Assembly (NCBI GenBank): GCA_900764045.1 | Contig: CAAFMN010000024.1 | Span: forward strand, 14,492 to 78,491 | Source of the DNA: Clostridia bacterium | Lineage (GTDB): Bacteria; Bacillota; Clostridia; Lachnospirales; Bianqueaceae | Direction: 5' to 3' | Length of the DNA stretch: 64,000 bases | Part shown: positions 29,844 through 39,281 of the stretch, piece after piece | Layout of the letters: each line of letters opens with the position of its first letter | Numbering within the stretch: the first letter of the stretch is position 1 | The notes under the pieces: generated by a model | Told to the model about the DNA's origin: nothing | What the model saw: the letters and a program-made list of their open reading frames with translations, nothing else | Databases searched by the model: none | Translations under genes and position numbers: made by a program

Positions 29844-31149
29844 TTTTGTTAAAAAGTTTTTCTCCAAAAATCTTTTGTTAAAGATATTCTCCGTTGTATT
29901 CTCATTTTGTCTGTGGGTGATGGTCGTCAACCAGCAAGACCCTGTAACGACGGAGACGATTCATAATATACCGATTGCCATACAGAACGAAAATTATTTT
30001 GAAGAGCAGAACCAGCATGTTACACTGGAATCGGAGATGAGGCTCAGTGTGACAGTGAGCGGACGTCGATCGATCGTAGAGAATCTGACGGCGGATAATT
30101 TTAACGCGTATATCGATTATCTGGCTGTACAGCCGGAGGAAGGACGCGCGGAGGTTTCCTGTACGGTTGATGATCGGAACGTGACAGTGAAGCATCAGAG
30201 TGTATCCTATGTCAGGCTTAATGTGGAAGATATCGTATCCAAGGAGTATACGATTCAGCTCCGCACGGAAGGAACGCCGGCGGAGGGGTATGTTGTCGTC
30301 GCGCAGGACGCGTACGCGGTAATGGAACCGTCGGTTGTAATCCTTTCCGGACCGCAGAGTCAGATTGACAGAATCGCTTCCGCGGAAGCCGTGCTGGATG
30401 TACAGGACGCTTCTGATACGGTATCGGGCAAGGGCAAGGCCATCACTTTCCTGGATACGGACGGCAATCCGGTGCTTCTGGATGAGCTGGAGGATATCTC
30501 CTATTCGGCCAAAGTGATGATGCAGCTGAGCGTGCCGGTGTATTTTGTCCAGGAGGTTCCGATCCGCACGGTGGAGATCACGGAAGATCCGAATAATGAG
30601 TATTATGTGGATAGTAGCAGCCTCTCGCAGGAGTCTGTTCAGCTCTACGGTCCCAAGAATGTTCTGGCCGGTATTACAGAGATTGAGCTTGCGGCGGTGT
30701 CGGCAGCAGATAAAACCGCGACATTCCAGCAGAGCTATGACCTGGCGGCAGTTTGTACCAAGATGTCTCAGGAATACGGAGTGCATATAGGACTCGTCGG
30801 CGGCAGCGCGTCGCAGACGACTCTGACAGTCAATATGAAGAAAAAAGAGATCCGAAGTTTCAGCATTACAGGGCAGAACTTTACCTGGCAGAACTCCGTC
30901 AAAGGCAAGACCTATACCTTGGCGGACAGCAGCGCTATCGTCCAGATACAGGGGAAGCCTTCAGCGCTGGACAGCCTGACATCGGCCAATATTCGCTGTA
31001 TGGCAGATGTAGGGGCATTGACCGAAAACGGAACGTATGAGGTGAGTATAGTCTATGCAGCGCCGGAGGGCCTGAAGGTTTACGGAGCGCCGCAGACACT
31101 CAGTATCGTGGTCGCGGATGAAGATACAGCGGGAACAGCGCAATCATAA
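29836..31149 (+). CDS. cdaR: CdaA regulatory protein CdaR (YbbR-like domains)
   Basis: N-terminal TM segment plus repeated YbbR-like domains, translationally coupled to cdaA. Confidence 0.85.
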   Translation: MLDFVKKFFSKNLLLKIFSVVFSFCLWVMVVNQQDPVTTETIHNIPIAIQNENYFEEQNQHVTLESEMRLSVTVSGRRSIVENLTADNFNAYIDYLAVQPEEGRAEVSCTVDDRNVTVKHQSVSYVRLNVEDIVSKEYTIQLRTEGTPAEGYVVVAQDAYAVMEPSVVILSGPQSQIDRIASAEAVLDVQDASDTVSGKGKAITFLDTDGNPVLLDELEDISYSAKVMMQLSVPVYFVQEVPIRTVEITEDPNNEYYVDSSSLSQESVQLYGPKNVLAGITEIELAAVSAADKTATFQQSYDLAAVCTKMSQEYGVHIGLVGGSASQTTLTVNMKKKEIRSFSITGQNFTWQNSVKGKTYTLADSSAIVQIQGKPSALDSLTSANIRCMADVGALTENGTYEVSIVYAAPEGLKVYGAPQTLSIVVADEDTAGTAQS

Positions 31150-31174
31150 CAAGCAGTATGGGAGGAGCGGCCAC

Positions 31175-32833
31175 ATGCCGAAGTTTTATAAAAAGAGTCG
31201 GCTGGAATTTGTCAGAAACCACTGGGGTAAGGATTTCAGCGACAGTGTGCAGGACGATCTGAATTTTCCGGATCTGGAAGAGTTCTTTGTAGACATGATG
31301 AAGCGGGCGGATTGGATCCTGGATGACCAGACCTGGAACGACATGGAGATGAACCGCATATTCTGCAAGCTGGACCGGGCCTATTCCATGCCGGGACAGC
31401 AGATGCTGTATAATATGCTGCGTACGCTGATCTTCGATGAGGAGGAGTTGAAGCGGCGGGACCGGGTGATGGATTATATCCAGCACAATGGAGAGGCAAG
31501 GGATAAGATCGCCTGCCTTCTCTTCTATCTTGGAAAAGTGGAGTATGATGGGGCAGCGTCCCTATTGTTCCATGGGATTCCTAAGCTGCCGGATTCCGCG
31601 TCCTGGGCTAACGGTCTGGCTCTGGCCATGCTGGCGGCACTTGTTTCCATCCCGTTTATGGGCTTTGGCGGATTGATGATGACAGCGGTTATGTTTGTAA
31701 TCAATACCGTTTACCATCAAAAGCTCAACGCCAGAACAGAAGCGACGATGCCGGGCGTTCAGTTCATCGCGAGGATGCTTACGGTTGCGGAAGAGATGGG
31801 TAATATGGATATTCCGCAGCTCGATAAGGGATATCTGAGCTTTTTCCGTAAATGTGTAAAGAAGTGCGGAATCATCAAGAAAAAGGCAGGCCGACTCGGA
31901 ATCGGAGGCAATGATCCGATCGGACTTGTAGAATATCTCAAGATCTTGTTCCTGACAGAGGACCGTGCTTTCATCCGGTGCCTGAAATATGTGGAGCAGG
32001 AGGCGCCTGTACTGCGGGTCCTGTACCGTAAGATCGGAGAGCTGGACGCATTGATGGCGATGGCATCCTTCCGCAGAGGGCTGCGCCGCATGACCAAGCC
32101 GGTATTTGTTTCGGAGCCGAAGTATTTTAAGGTAGAGAATATCACGCATCCGTTGCTGACCAAGGGTGTGCCCAATTCCCTGGAGATGACGGGGGGCAAT
32201 GTAGTGATCACCGGATCCAATATGTCCGGTAAATCCACGTTTTTGCGGACATTGTCCACGGGAGCGGTGTTGGCGCAGACCTTCTACACGGTTCCGGCGG
32301 ACTCTTACACGGCATCCTTTTTCAATATCCTGACATCCATCAGTCCGAGCGATAACCTGATCGAGGGCAAGAGTTATTATATGGCGGAAGCCGAGGCGCT
32401 GCTGCGGATGGTGCAGACACTGGACGAGAACCGGACCTCGTTGCTGATGATCGATGAGATCTTCCGTGGGACCAACCCCATTGAGAGAGTGGCGGCAGCC
32501 TCTTCATTGCTGTCCTATCTGGCCAGACACAATACGATGGTCATTGTAGCGACCCATGATATTGAGATTACACAAAAGGTGGCAGATCAATATACCAGTT
32601 ATCATTTTAGTGAGAATGTCACGAAGGATGCGCTGGATTTCGACTATAAGCTGAAGCCGGGAGTTCTGAAAGTGCCGAACGGTATCCGAATTTTGGAATA
32701 TCTGGGATATCCGCAGGAGATTACGGACGAAGCCTATCGGGAGACCGGTTATGTCGGATTGACAGCTGCCGAAGAGAAACAAAATCAAGATCAAGATAAA
32801 AATACTATACAGGGGGTAGATCAAGATGAGTAA
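31175..32833 (+). CDS. MutS-related protein (MutS domain III/V ATPase with TM segments, no mismatch-binding domain)
   Basis: Walker A (GSNMSGKST), MutS signature (LMIDEIFRGTNP) and a THD motif. Hydrophobic helices lie around residues 160-200. It occupies the position where glmM normally follows cdaR. Confidence 0.75.
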   Translation: MPKFYKKSRLEFVRNHWGKDFSDSVQDDLNFPDLEEFFVDMMKRADWILDDQTWNDMEMNRIFCKLDRAYSMPGQQMLYNMLRTLIFDEEELKRRDRVMDYIQHNGEARDKIACLLFYLGKVEYDGAASLLFHGIPKLPDSASWANGLALAMLAALVSIPFMGFGGLMMTAVMFVINTVYHQKLNARTEATMPGVQFIARMLTVAEEMGNMDIPQLDKGYLSFFRKCVKKCGIIKKKAGRLGIGGNDPIGLVEYLKILFLTEDRAFIRCLKYVEQEAPVLRVLYRKIGELDALMAMASFRRGLRRMTKPVFVSEPKYFKVENITHPLLTKGVPNSLEMTGGNVVITGSNMSGKSTFLRTLSTGAVLAQTFYTVPADSYTASFFNILTSISPSDNLIEGKSYYMAEAEALLRMVQTLDENRTSLLMIDEIFRGTNPIERVAAASSLLSYLARHNTMVIVATHDIEITQKVADQYTSYHFSENVTKDALDFDYKLKPGVLKVPNGIRILEYLGYPQEITDEAYRETGYVGLTAAEEKQNQDQDKNTIQGVDQDE

Positions 32834-35201
32834 GAAAACCTTGCAGGAAATGCAGCCGCTGGCAGATGTCCTGAACAGAGATATCGTCTGCGCATGCGGC
32901 AAGACGCACCGTGCCAATATCGACGCGGTCGTTATCGGACGTGGAGCCATGGAATACGTTCCGGAGCTGCTGCAGCAGCACGGTATGAAGACGGTAATGC
33001 TTCTGGAGGATACGCATACGCATGAGGCTGCCGGAGAACAGGCGGCTCAGTTGATCCGGAACGCTGGAATCGAGGTCTATGAACATATTTATCAGCGCGC
33101 GGATGGATGGCTGACGGCGGATGAAGTAGCGATGGAGGAAGGCGTGAATGCTTTTCGCGCCTGTGAGAACCGCCCGGACGTGATTATCTCCGTAGGTTCC
33201 GGTACGCTGAACGATCTGGGAAAGGTGATCGGAGAGATGCTGGGCGGCGTGCCGCAGTGGATCATTGGAACCGCTGCTTCTATGGACGGATACGCGTCTA
33301 CGGTAGCAGCGCTGGTGCGCAACAATCTGAAGGTAACAGAATACTACAATCCGCCCAAGGTCATCATCGGCGATATGGCGGTGATGTGCAAAGCTCCGAG
33401 GTCTATGACACTGGCAGGAATCGGCGATATGGCAGCTAAGTACAATTCCGGCCTGGACTGGAAGCTCAGCCATCTGATCAATGGAGAATATTATTGCGAT
33501 TTTGTAGCTAAGGCCATGTTAAAGGTAACGGACCAGATCATCGATCTGGCGTTGGAAGCTCCGGAAGAAGGAGAGTTTGGCGATGAGCTGCTGGCGAGAT
33601 TGATGGAAGGACTGGTTCTGTCCGGCGTATATATGAGCTATATGGGATCTTCCCGAGCAGCTTCGGGTTCTGAGCATCATTTCTCTCATTTTTGGGAGAT
33701 GTGGCTGCAGCTGAACGGAAAGCCCGCGATCTATCACGGAACCAAGGTAGGCGTAGGTACGCTGATCATGGACCGTTTGTACCGTGAGTTCCTGACATTG
33801 GATATTGAGGCGCGCCGTGTTATTCCGAGGCTGCGCAAGTTTGATGAGGCGGCATACCGCAAGAAGCTGGAAAAGGTATATGGCGCCGCCGCTCCGGCCA
33901 TTCTGGCTGACTATCATTATGACGCGGAAGAGAGAATCCGCCGGTTGGGATTTATTTTGGAGAATCGCCGCACGATCAATGCGATTATCCGTGAGGCGCT
34001 GCCTTCGCTGGATAAGATGCGCAAGGCGATGGAGCATGTAGGCGCGGTTCGTGATTGGACGGGATTGCCCCACATCACGGGTGAGGTGGCGTTGCAGGCG
34101 CTGCTGTATTGCAAGGAGATGCGTCCCCACTATACCATGTTGCAGATGCTGCAGGACGTAGGATATAACATCAAGAAGTTCGCGCCCAAGATGGTTGAGG
34201 CAGGATATCTGCGCCTGGATCAGATTCAGATGCGGGACCCGTTTGTACTTCCGGTAGAGGAAGAGGGCAAATACTATCTGTTCGGCACGACCGATCCCAG
34301 CTGCTGGAGAGGTCCCTTCTATGGATTTGATTGTTTTGTAAGCGAGGATCTGGAGCATTGGGACGGACCGATCGCCGCTTTCCGGCCGGATGAGAATTTC
34401 TGGGGAACCCGGAACAACTGGGCTCCGGAGGTGCATCGCTATCGCGGTAAGTATTATATGTTCGCGACCTTTGGATCGGAGAAGCGCTATAAGGGTACGC
34501 AGATCCTGCGTTCTGACCGTCCGGAGGGTCCCTATATGCCTATATCCGACGGCCCGGTAACACCGGCGGAGTGGGACTGCCTGGATGGTACGTTCTACCT
34601 GGATCCGGACGGACAGCCGTGGATTGTATTCTGCCATGAATGGACGCAGATTATAGACGGAGAGATTGTGGCCATGCCTTTGAAAAAGGATTTGACCGGA
34701 CCGGCCGGAGATCCTGTTAAGCTTTTCTCGGCATCGGAAGCTTCCTGGGCATCCGGACGTCCGTGGAAGGAACGTCACCCGGAGTCAGACAGCGACGCCT
34801 ACAGCTATGTAACGGATGGCCCGTTTATGGTAGAAGACGGGGATCAGTTGATGATGCTCTGGTCTGGAAGAGGCCCCAAGGGTTATGCCATGGGCAGCGC
34901 ATATTCTGAGGGCGGAATTCTTGGCCCCTGGAAGCAGAACGAGCAGCTTGCCTTTGAAGAAGACGGCGGCCATGGTATGGTCTTCCGTAAATTTACGGGC
35001 GAATTGATGATGACAGTGCATCAGCCCAATCAAACGCCCAACGAGCGTCCTAAGTTCTTTGAGGCGAAGATTCAGAATAAGGCGATTGTACTTGCTTCCG
35101 CTAAGGAAGAGCCGGAACAGAAGCCGGAGGAGCAGGCGAAACCGCTCAAGAGACAGCAAGGCGTTCATGTAAAGGATGAGATGCCCTATTGGCTTCTGTA
35201 A
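32826..35201 (+). CDS. fusion protein: AraM/EgsA-like glycerol-1-phosphate dehydrogenase domain plus GH43 glycoside hydrolase domain
   Basis: The N-terminal ~430 aa carries Fe-ADH/G1PDH-like motifs (GSGTLNDLGK, TAASMDGYAS, HGTKVG). The C-terminal ~330 aa carries GH43 beta-propeller motifs (DPFVLP, WAPEVH, FCHEW, GPFMV). Confidence 0.7.
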   Translation: MSKKTLQEMQPLADVLNRDIVCACGKTHRANIDAVVIGRGAMEYVPELLQQHGMKTVMLLEDTHTHEAAGEQAAQLIRNAGIEVYEHIYQRADGWLTADEVAMEEGVNAFRACENRPDVIISVGSGTLNDLGKVIGEMLGGVPQWIIGTAASMDGYASTVAALVRNNLKVTEYYNPPKVIIGDMAVMCKAPRSMTLAGIGDMAAKYNSGLDWKLSHLINGEYYCDFVAKAMLKVTDQIIDLALEAPEEGEFGDELLARLMEGLVLSGVYMSYMGSSRAASGSEHHFSHFWEMWLQLNGKPAIYHGTKVGVGTLIMDRLYREFLTLDIEARRVIPRLRKFDEAAYRKKLEKVYGAAAPAILADYHYDAEERIRRLGFILENRRTINAIIREALPSLDKMRKAMEHVGAVRDWTGLPHITGEVALQALLYCKEMRPHYTMLQMLQDVGYNIKKFAPKMVEAGYLRLDQIQMRDPFVLPVEEEGKYYLFGTTDPSCWRGPFYGFDCFVSEDLEHWDGPIAAFRPDENFWGTRNNWAPEVHRYRGKYYMFATFGSEKRYKGTQILRSDRPEGPYMPISDGPVTPAEWDCLDGTFYLDPDGQPWIVFCHEWTQIIDGEIVAMPLKKDLTGPAGDPVKLFSASEASWASGRPWKERHPESDSDAYSYVTDGPFMVEDGDQLMMLWSGRGPKGYAMGSAYSEGGILGPWKQNEQLAFEEDGGHGMVFRKFTGELMMTVHQPNQTPNERPKFFEAKIQNKAIVLASAKEEPEQKPEEQAKPLKRQQGVHVKDEMPYWLL

Positions 35202-37568
35202 TGGGAGAAGAAGGGGCAGTTCATGTCTCCATACGGCAGATGGTTGAATTCATCTGCCGTGGCGGAGATCTTGCCAGTGGGGGCTTCAGCGGACCGGAGC
35301 GGGCTCTGGAGGGTACGAGGATTCATCAGAAGCTGCAAAAGAGCCGTTCCGCAGCCTATAGGAACGAAGTTCCCATGCTGCTTGCGGTATCTCTCGAGGA
35401 TGGGCTGTGCCTGGAAGTTGAGGGCCGCGCGGACGGAGTGGAAGAGCTGATGGATCTGGAGGCTCCCTGCCGTATCGAAGAGATCAAGTCAACCTATGCG
35501 TCCGCGGAGCATTTGGGCTTTTCATATGAGCCCGCGCACCGCGGACAGCTTTTGTGTTATGGGCATATTCTGTGCGAGAAGGAAGGATATGCCGCCGTTT
35601 GGCTCCGCCTGACGTATTATCAGATGGAACAGGAAAAAGAGTATACGTATGATGAGCTGTGGCGGGCGGAAGATCTGCGGAACTTTTTTACAGAGACGGT
35701 AGAAGCCTACGCAAAATGGCTGCGCTGGAGCAGCGAACATCTTGCCAAACGTACGCGGAGCCTGCAGAACCTGAAATTTCCCTTTCCCGCGTACAGAACA
35801 GGACAGCGGACGATGGCCGCCTATGTATACAAGACTATTCAATCCGGCGGCGGAATTTTTATACAGGCGCCCACAGGAACCGGCAAGACGGTGTCGGCGC
35901 TTTTCCCGGCCCTGAAGGCTATGGCCAATGGATTGACATCCAAGCTCTTTTATCTGACGGCCAAGACGGCGACGGGACTTGCGGCGCAGGATGCCTTGGA
36001 CAGACTGTCAGAGCAGAAGCCGGAGCTGATCAGTATTACATTGACGGCCAAAGATAAGATCTGTCCTCTGGAGGAAAGAAACTGCGATCCGGAGAACTGC
36101 CCGTATGCCAAGGGACATTATGACCGGATCAATCAGGCAGTGTACGCGGCAATTACGCAGTACCGGCAGATTGGGCGGGAGCTTCTGCGCAGCCATGCGG
36201 AAACGTATCGGGTATGCCCTTTTGAGCTGGGTCTGGATATCAGTACCTGGGCCGATGTGATCATTGGAGATTATAATTACGCGTTTGACCCGACAGCGTC
36301 CTTAAAACGTTTTTTCCAGGACCAGAAAACAGAGTATACTCTATTGGTGGATGAAGCCCATAATCTGCCGGATCGGGCGCAATCTATGTACAGTGCGGAA
36401 GTGACCGGGCAGATGTTTTTTGAGTTTGGACGGATCTTCCGCGGCAAACCGGTTTCCTGGAGGAGAGCTCTCCGGCGGGCACAGCGACGATTGGTTTGAC
36501 CAAAAGGGAGAAGAAGTCAAAGAAGGCGAATGCATTACCTATTCCGCACCCTCCCAGGAGCTGGTAACGCTGCTGGCGGAGTTCAATACTCAGCTTGCCG
36601 AGTGCCTGACGCAGGAGGCAGGAGTGGAAGAGTGGATGGAGCTGTATTTTCAGGTACAGTTTTTCCTGAAGATGGAGGAAGAGTACGATGAGAGTTCCGT
36701 CACCTATCTGGAAAAAATAAGCGGTCAGCCAGTTTACAGGATTTTTTGTGTCCATCCGGCACAGAAACTGTGGCAGCGCTATGAGAAAGTGCGTTCCGTC
36801 ATTCTCTTTTCCGCAACGCTTTTACCCATTGAATATTATAAAGAGCTTTTGGGAGGCAATGATCCGGAGCATCCCATGGACGCGATCTATCTGGAATCCC
36901 CGTTTGATCCGGCACATAAACAGGTGCTTGTGGCAGCCGGAATCCGCGCGGATTATCAGAACCGGGAGAGGACGGTGGGAGCCGTAGCCGCTGTGATCTA
37001 CCGCACCGTACAGGCCAAGGAGGGAAATTACATGGTCTTTTTCCCATCCTATCCGTATTTGCGGCAGGTCGCCGCTTTTTTTCGAGATGCTTATCCGGAG
37101 ATAAACCTCTGGGAGCAGAGCCCGGGGATGAATGAAGAGGAGAGAGAGGATTTCCTGGCGCGATTTCAGGAAAATCCGCCCTGGGGTATCGGATTTTGCG
37201 TACTTGGGGGCGTTTTTTCGGAGGGAATCGATCTTAGAGGCCGGCGGCTGATCGGAAGCCTGATTGTGACGGTAGGATTTCCGCAGATCGGTATGGAGCG
37301 CGACCTTGTGAGAGAATATATGGATCGCCTTTGCGGACGTGGATTTGACTATGCCTACAGGTACCCGGGACTGAACCGGGTGTTTCAGGCGGCCGGACGC
37401 GTGATCCGCACCGAAGAGGACCGGGGGATCATCTTATTGATTGATGAGCGCTACCGGGAGAGAAGATATCTTAAGAGTATGCCGCCGGACTGGAATCCCA
37501 GAATCGTTCCGGCGCAGGAGATCGAGAGAAACATAATAGAATTTTGGAGAAAACAGGAGTTAGAGTAA
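35201..37568 (+). pseudogene. Cas4-like PD-(D/E)XK nuclease plus DinG/XPD-family Fe-S helicase, interrupted by a frameshift near 36420-36500
   Basis: N-terminal nuclease motifs are RADGV, IEEIKS and QLLCY. The helicase carries a Walker A (APTGTGKT), a 4-Cys cluster (CPLEERNCDPENCPYAKG), a DEAH box (VDEAHNL) and a Helicase_C_2 domain. The two halves lie in different frames and overlap at 36420-36499. Confidence 0.65.
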
Positions 37569-37569
37569 T

Positions 37570-38379
37570 ATGCGCTATTGTTCTGTTGCCAGCGGTTCCA
37601 GCGGCAACTGTCATTATATAGAGGCGGGCGGCGTGCGTGTTATGGTCGATGTGGGACTGAGCCTGAAGGTGATCGAGGCCAATCTTAGGCTGCGGGGCAT
37701 TGCCCCGGAATCCATTCAGGCCATCTTTGTTACCCACGAGCATTCAGACCATATCAAGGGAGTTGGAGCCTGGGCCAGAAGATATCATATTCCGGTGTTT
37801 GCTACAGAGGGAACATGGCACGGGATGGAACGCAGCATGGGCCGGATCGAGAGTGAAAAGTGCTATTCCATCCGGGCAGGGCAGGGATACCGGATGGCCG
37901 GCCTGCGGATTGAGCCCTTCATGATTTACCATGACGCCAACGAGCCGGTGGGCTACTGCTTTACAACGGAAAACGAAAAGCTGGTCGTAATGACAGATAC
38001 CGGAATGGTCTCGGCGGAAATGCGGCAGATGCTGCAGGGAGCGCGGATTGCCGTGGTCGAATGCAATCACGATATTGAGATGCTGATGGGAGGCTTCTAT
38101 CCGCTCAGCCTGAAACGGAGAATTCGGAGCAATCTGGGGCACTTGTCCAATGAAGACTGTGCACATTTGCTGGCGGAGCTGATTCCGGACAATCCGGAGT
38201 GTGATTTTCTCTTGGCGCACTTGAGTAAGGAGAACAACACGCCGGAGCTCGCGATGCAGACTGTGCGTCAGATTCTGAATTACCGCCTTGGCGAGGGAGA
38301 ATATCGGATTCATATGACCTATCGGGATCAGCCGACAGAGATCTTTTCCACGGAGGAGACATGTGGTATCGGGACCTGA
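37570..38379 (+). CDS. MBL-fold metallo-hydrolase (YycJ/WalJ-like)
   Basis: MRYCSVASGSSGNC and HEHSDH motifs, 269 aa. Confidence 0.8.
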   Translation: MRYCSVASGSSGNCHYIEAGGVRVMVDVGLSLKVIEANLRLRGIAPESIQAIFVTHEHSDHIKGVGAWARRYHIPVFATEGTWHGMERSMGRIESEKCYSIRAGQGYRMAGLRIEPFMIYHDANEPVGYCFTTENEKLVVMTDTGMVSAEMRQMLQGARIAVVECNHDIEMLMGGFYPLSLKRRIRSNLGHLSNEDCAHLLAELIPDNPECDFLLAHLSKENNTPELAMQTVRQILNYRLGEGEYRIHMTYRDQPTEIFSTEETCGIGT

Positions 38380-39281
38380 ATGGATACTTACAGGAGACCT
38401 TTGGGAAAAAGGTCTACAAGATGGCGTTAAATGGCGGCATGACCTGCCCGAATCGGGATGGAACTCTAGGCTGGGGCGGCTGCATTTTTTGCAGTGCGGG
38501 CGGGTCCGGAGAATTTTCTCCGTCGGCAGCGCTGCCGATCCCAAGACAGCTGGCGGAGGCAAAGGAGAGGCTGAAGAAAAAGTATAAAGGAAACGCGTAC
38601 ATTGCTTATTTTCAGTCCTTTACCAATACATACGCGCCAGTCTCTTATCTGCGGAAGATTTTTTATGAGGCGATCCAGGATCCGGAGGTCGTCGCACTGT
38701 CCATCGCGACAAGACCGGATTGTATAGCAGAGGAAACGCTTGCGCTCCTGCGGGAATTAAACCGACATAAGCCGGTCTGGGTGGAACTGGGACTACAGAC
38801 TTCCAACGAAAAAACAGCGGAGCAGATTCACAGAGGGTATGGGCTGGCTTGTTTTGAAGACTGTGTCCGGAGGCTAAAGGCAGCCGGACTGCAGGTGATT
38901 GTACATGTGATTTTAGGCTTGCCAAATGAGACAAAAGAGTGTATGATAGATACGATCGAATATTTGAATCAAGTGGAAATCCATGGGATCAAGCTGCAGC
39001 TTCTCCATGTGCTGAAAGGAACACAGCTGGAGAACATCTATCGTTCCGGAGCGTTTCAAGTATTGGATCTGGAAGAATATACGGATATTTTATGTGATTG
39101 TATAGAGCATTTGTCTCCGGATGTTGTCATTCATCGTCTGACGGGGGATGGCCCGCGCCGGCTTTTGATCGCGCCTTCCTGGAGTACGGATAAGAAGGGC
39201 GTCAGGAATTATATTCATCAGGAGTTCCTACGCAGAGAGATCTGCCAGGGGCGGCTCCAAGGGAAAGGAGAGAGCCAGTGA
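38361..39281 (+). CDS. TIGR01212-family radical SAM protein
   Basis: CPNRDGTLGWGGCIFC radical-SAM cysteine motif with YtqA/TIGR01212-like architecture. Confidence 0.8.
   Translation: MWYRDLNGYLQETFGKKVYKMALNGGMTCPNRDGTLGWGGCIFCSAGGSGEFSPSAALPIPRQLAEAKERLKKKYKGNAYIAYFQSFTNTYAPVSYLRKIFYEAIQDPEVVALSIATRPDCIAEETLALLRELNRHKPVWVELGLQTSNEKTAEQIHRGYGLACFEDCVRRLKAAGLQVIVHVILGLPNETKECMIDTIEYLNQVEIHGIKLQLLHVLKGTQLENIYRSGAFQVLDLEEYTDILCDCIEHLSPDVVIHRLTGDGPRRLLIAPSWSTDKKGVRNYIHQEFLRREICQGRLQGKGESQ

Noticed and set aside
29902-30786. 294-aa minus-strand ORF
   Set aside because: Antisense to cdaR.
33519-34778. 419-aa minus-strand ORF
   Set aside because: Antisense to the AraM-GH43 fusion gene.
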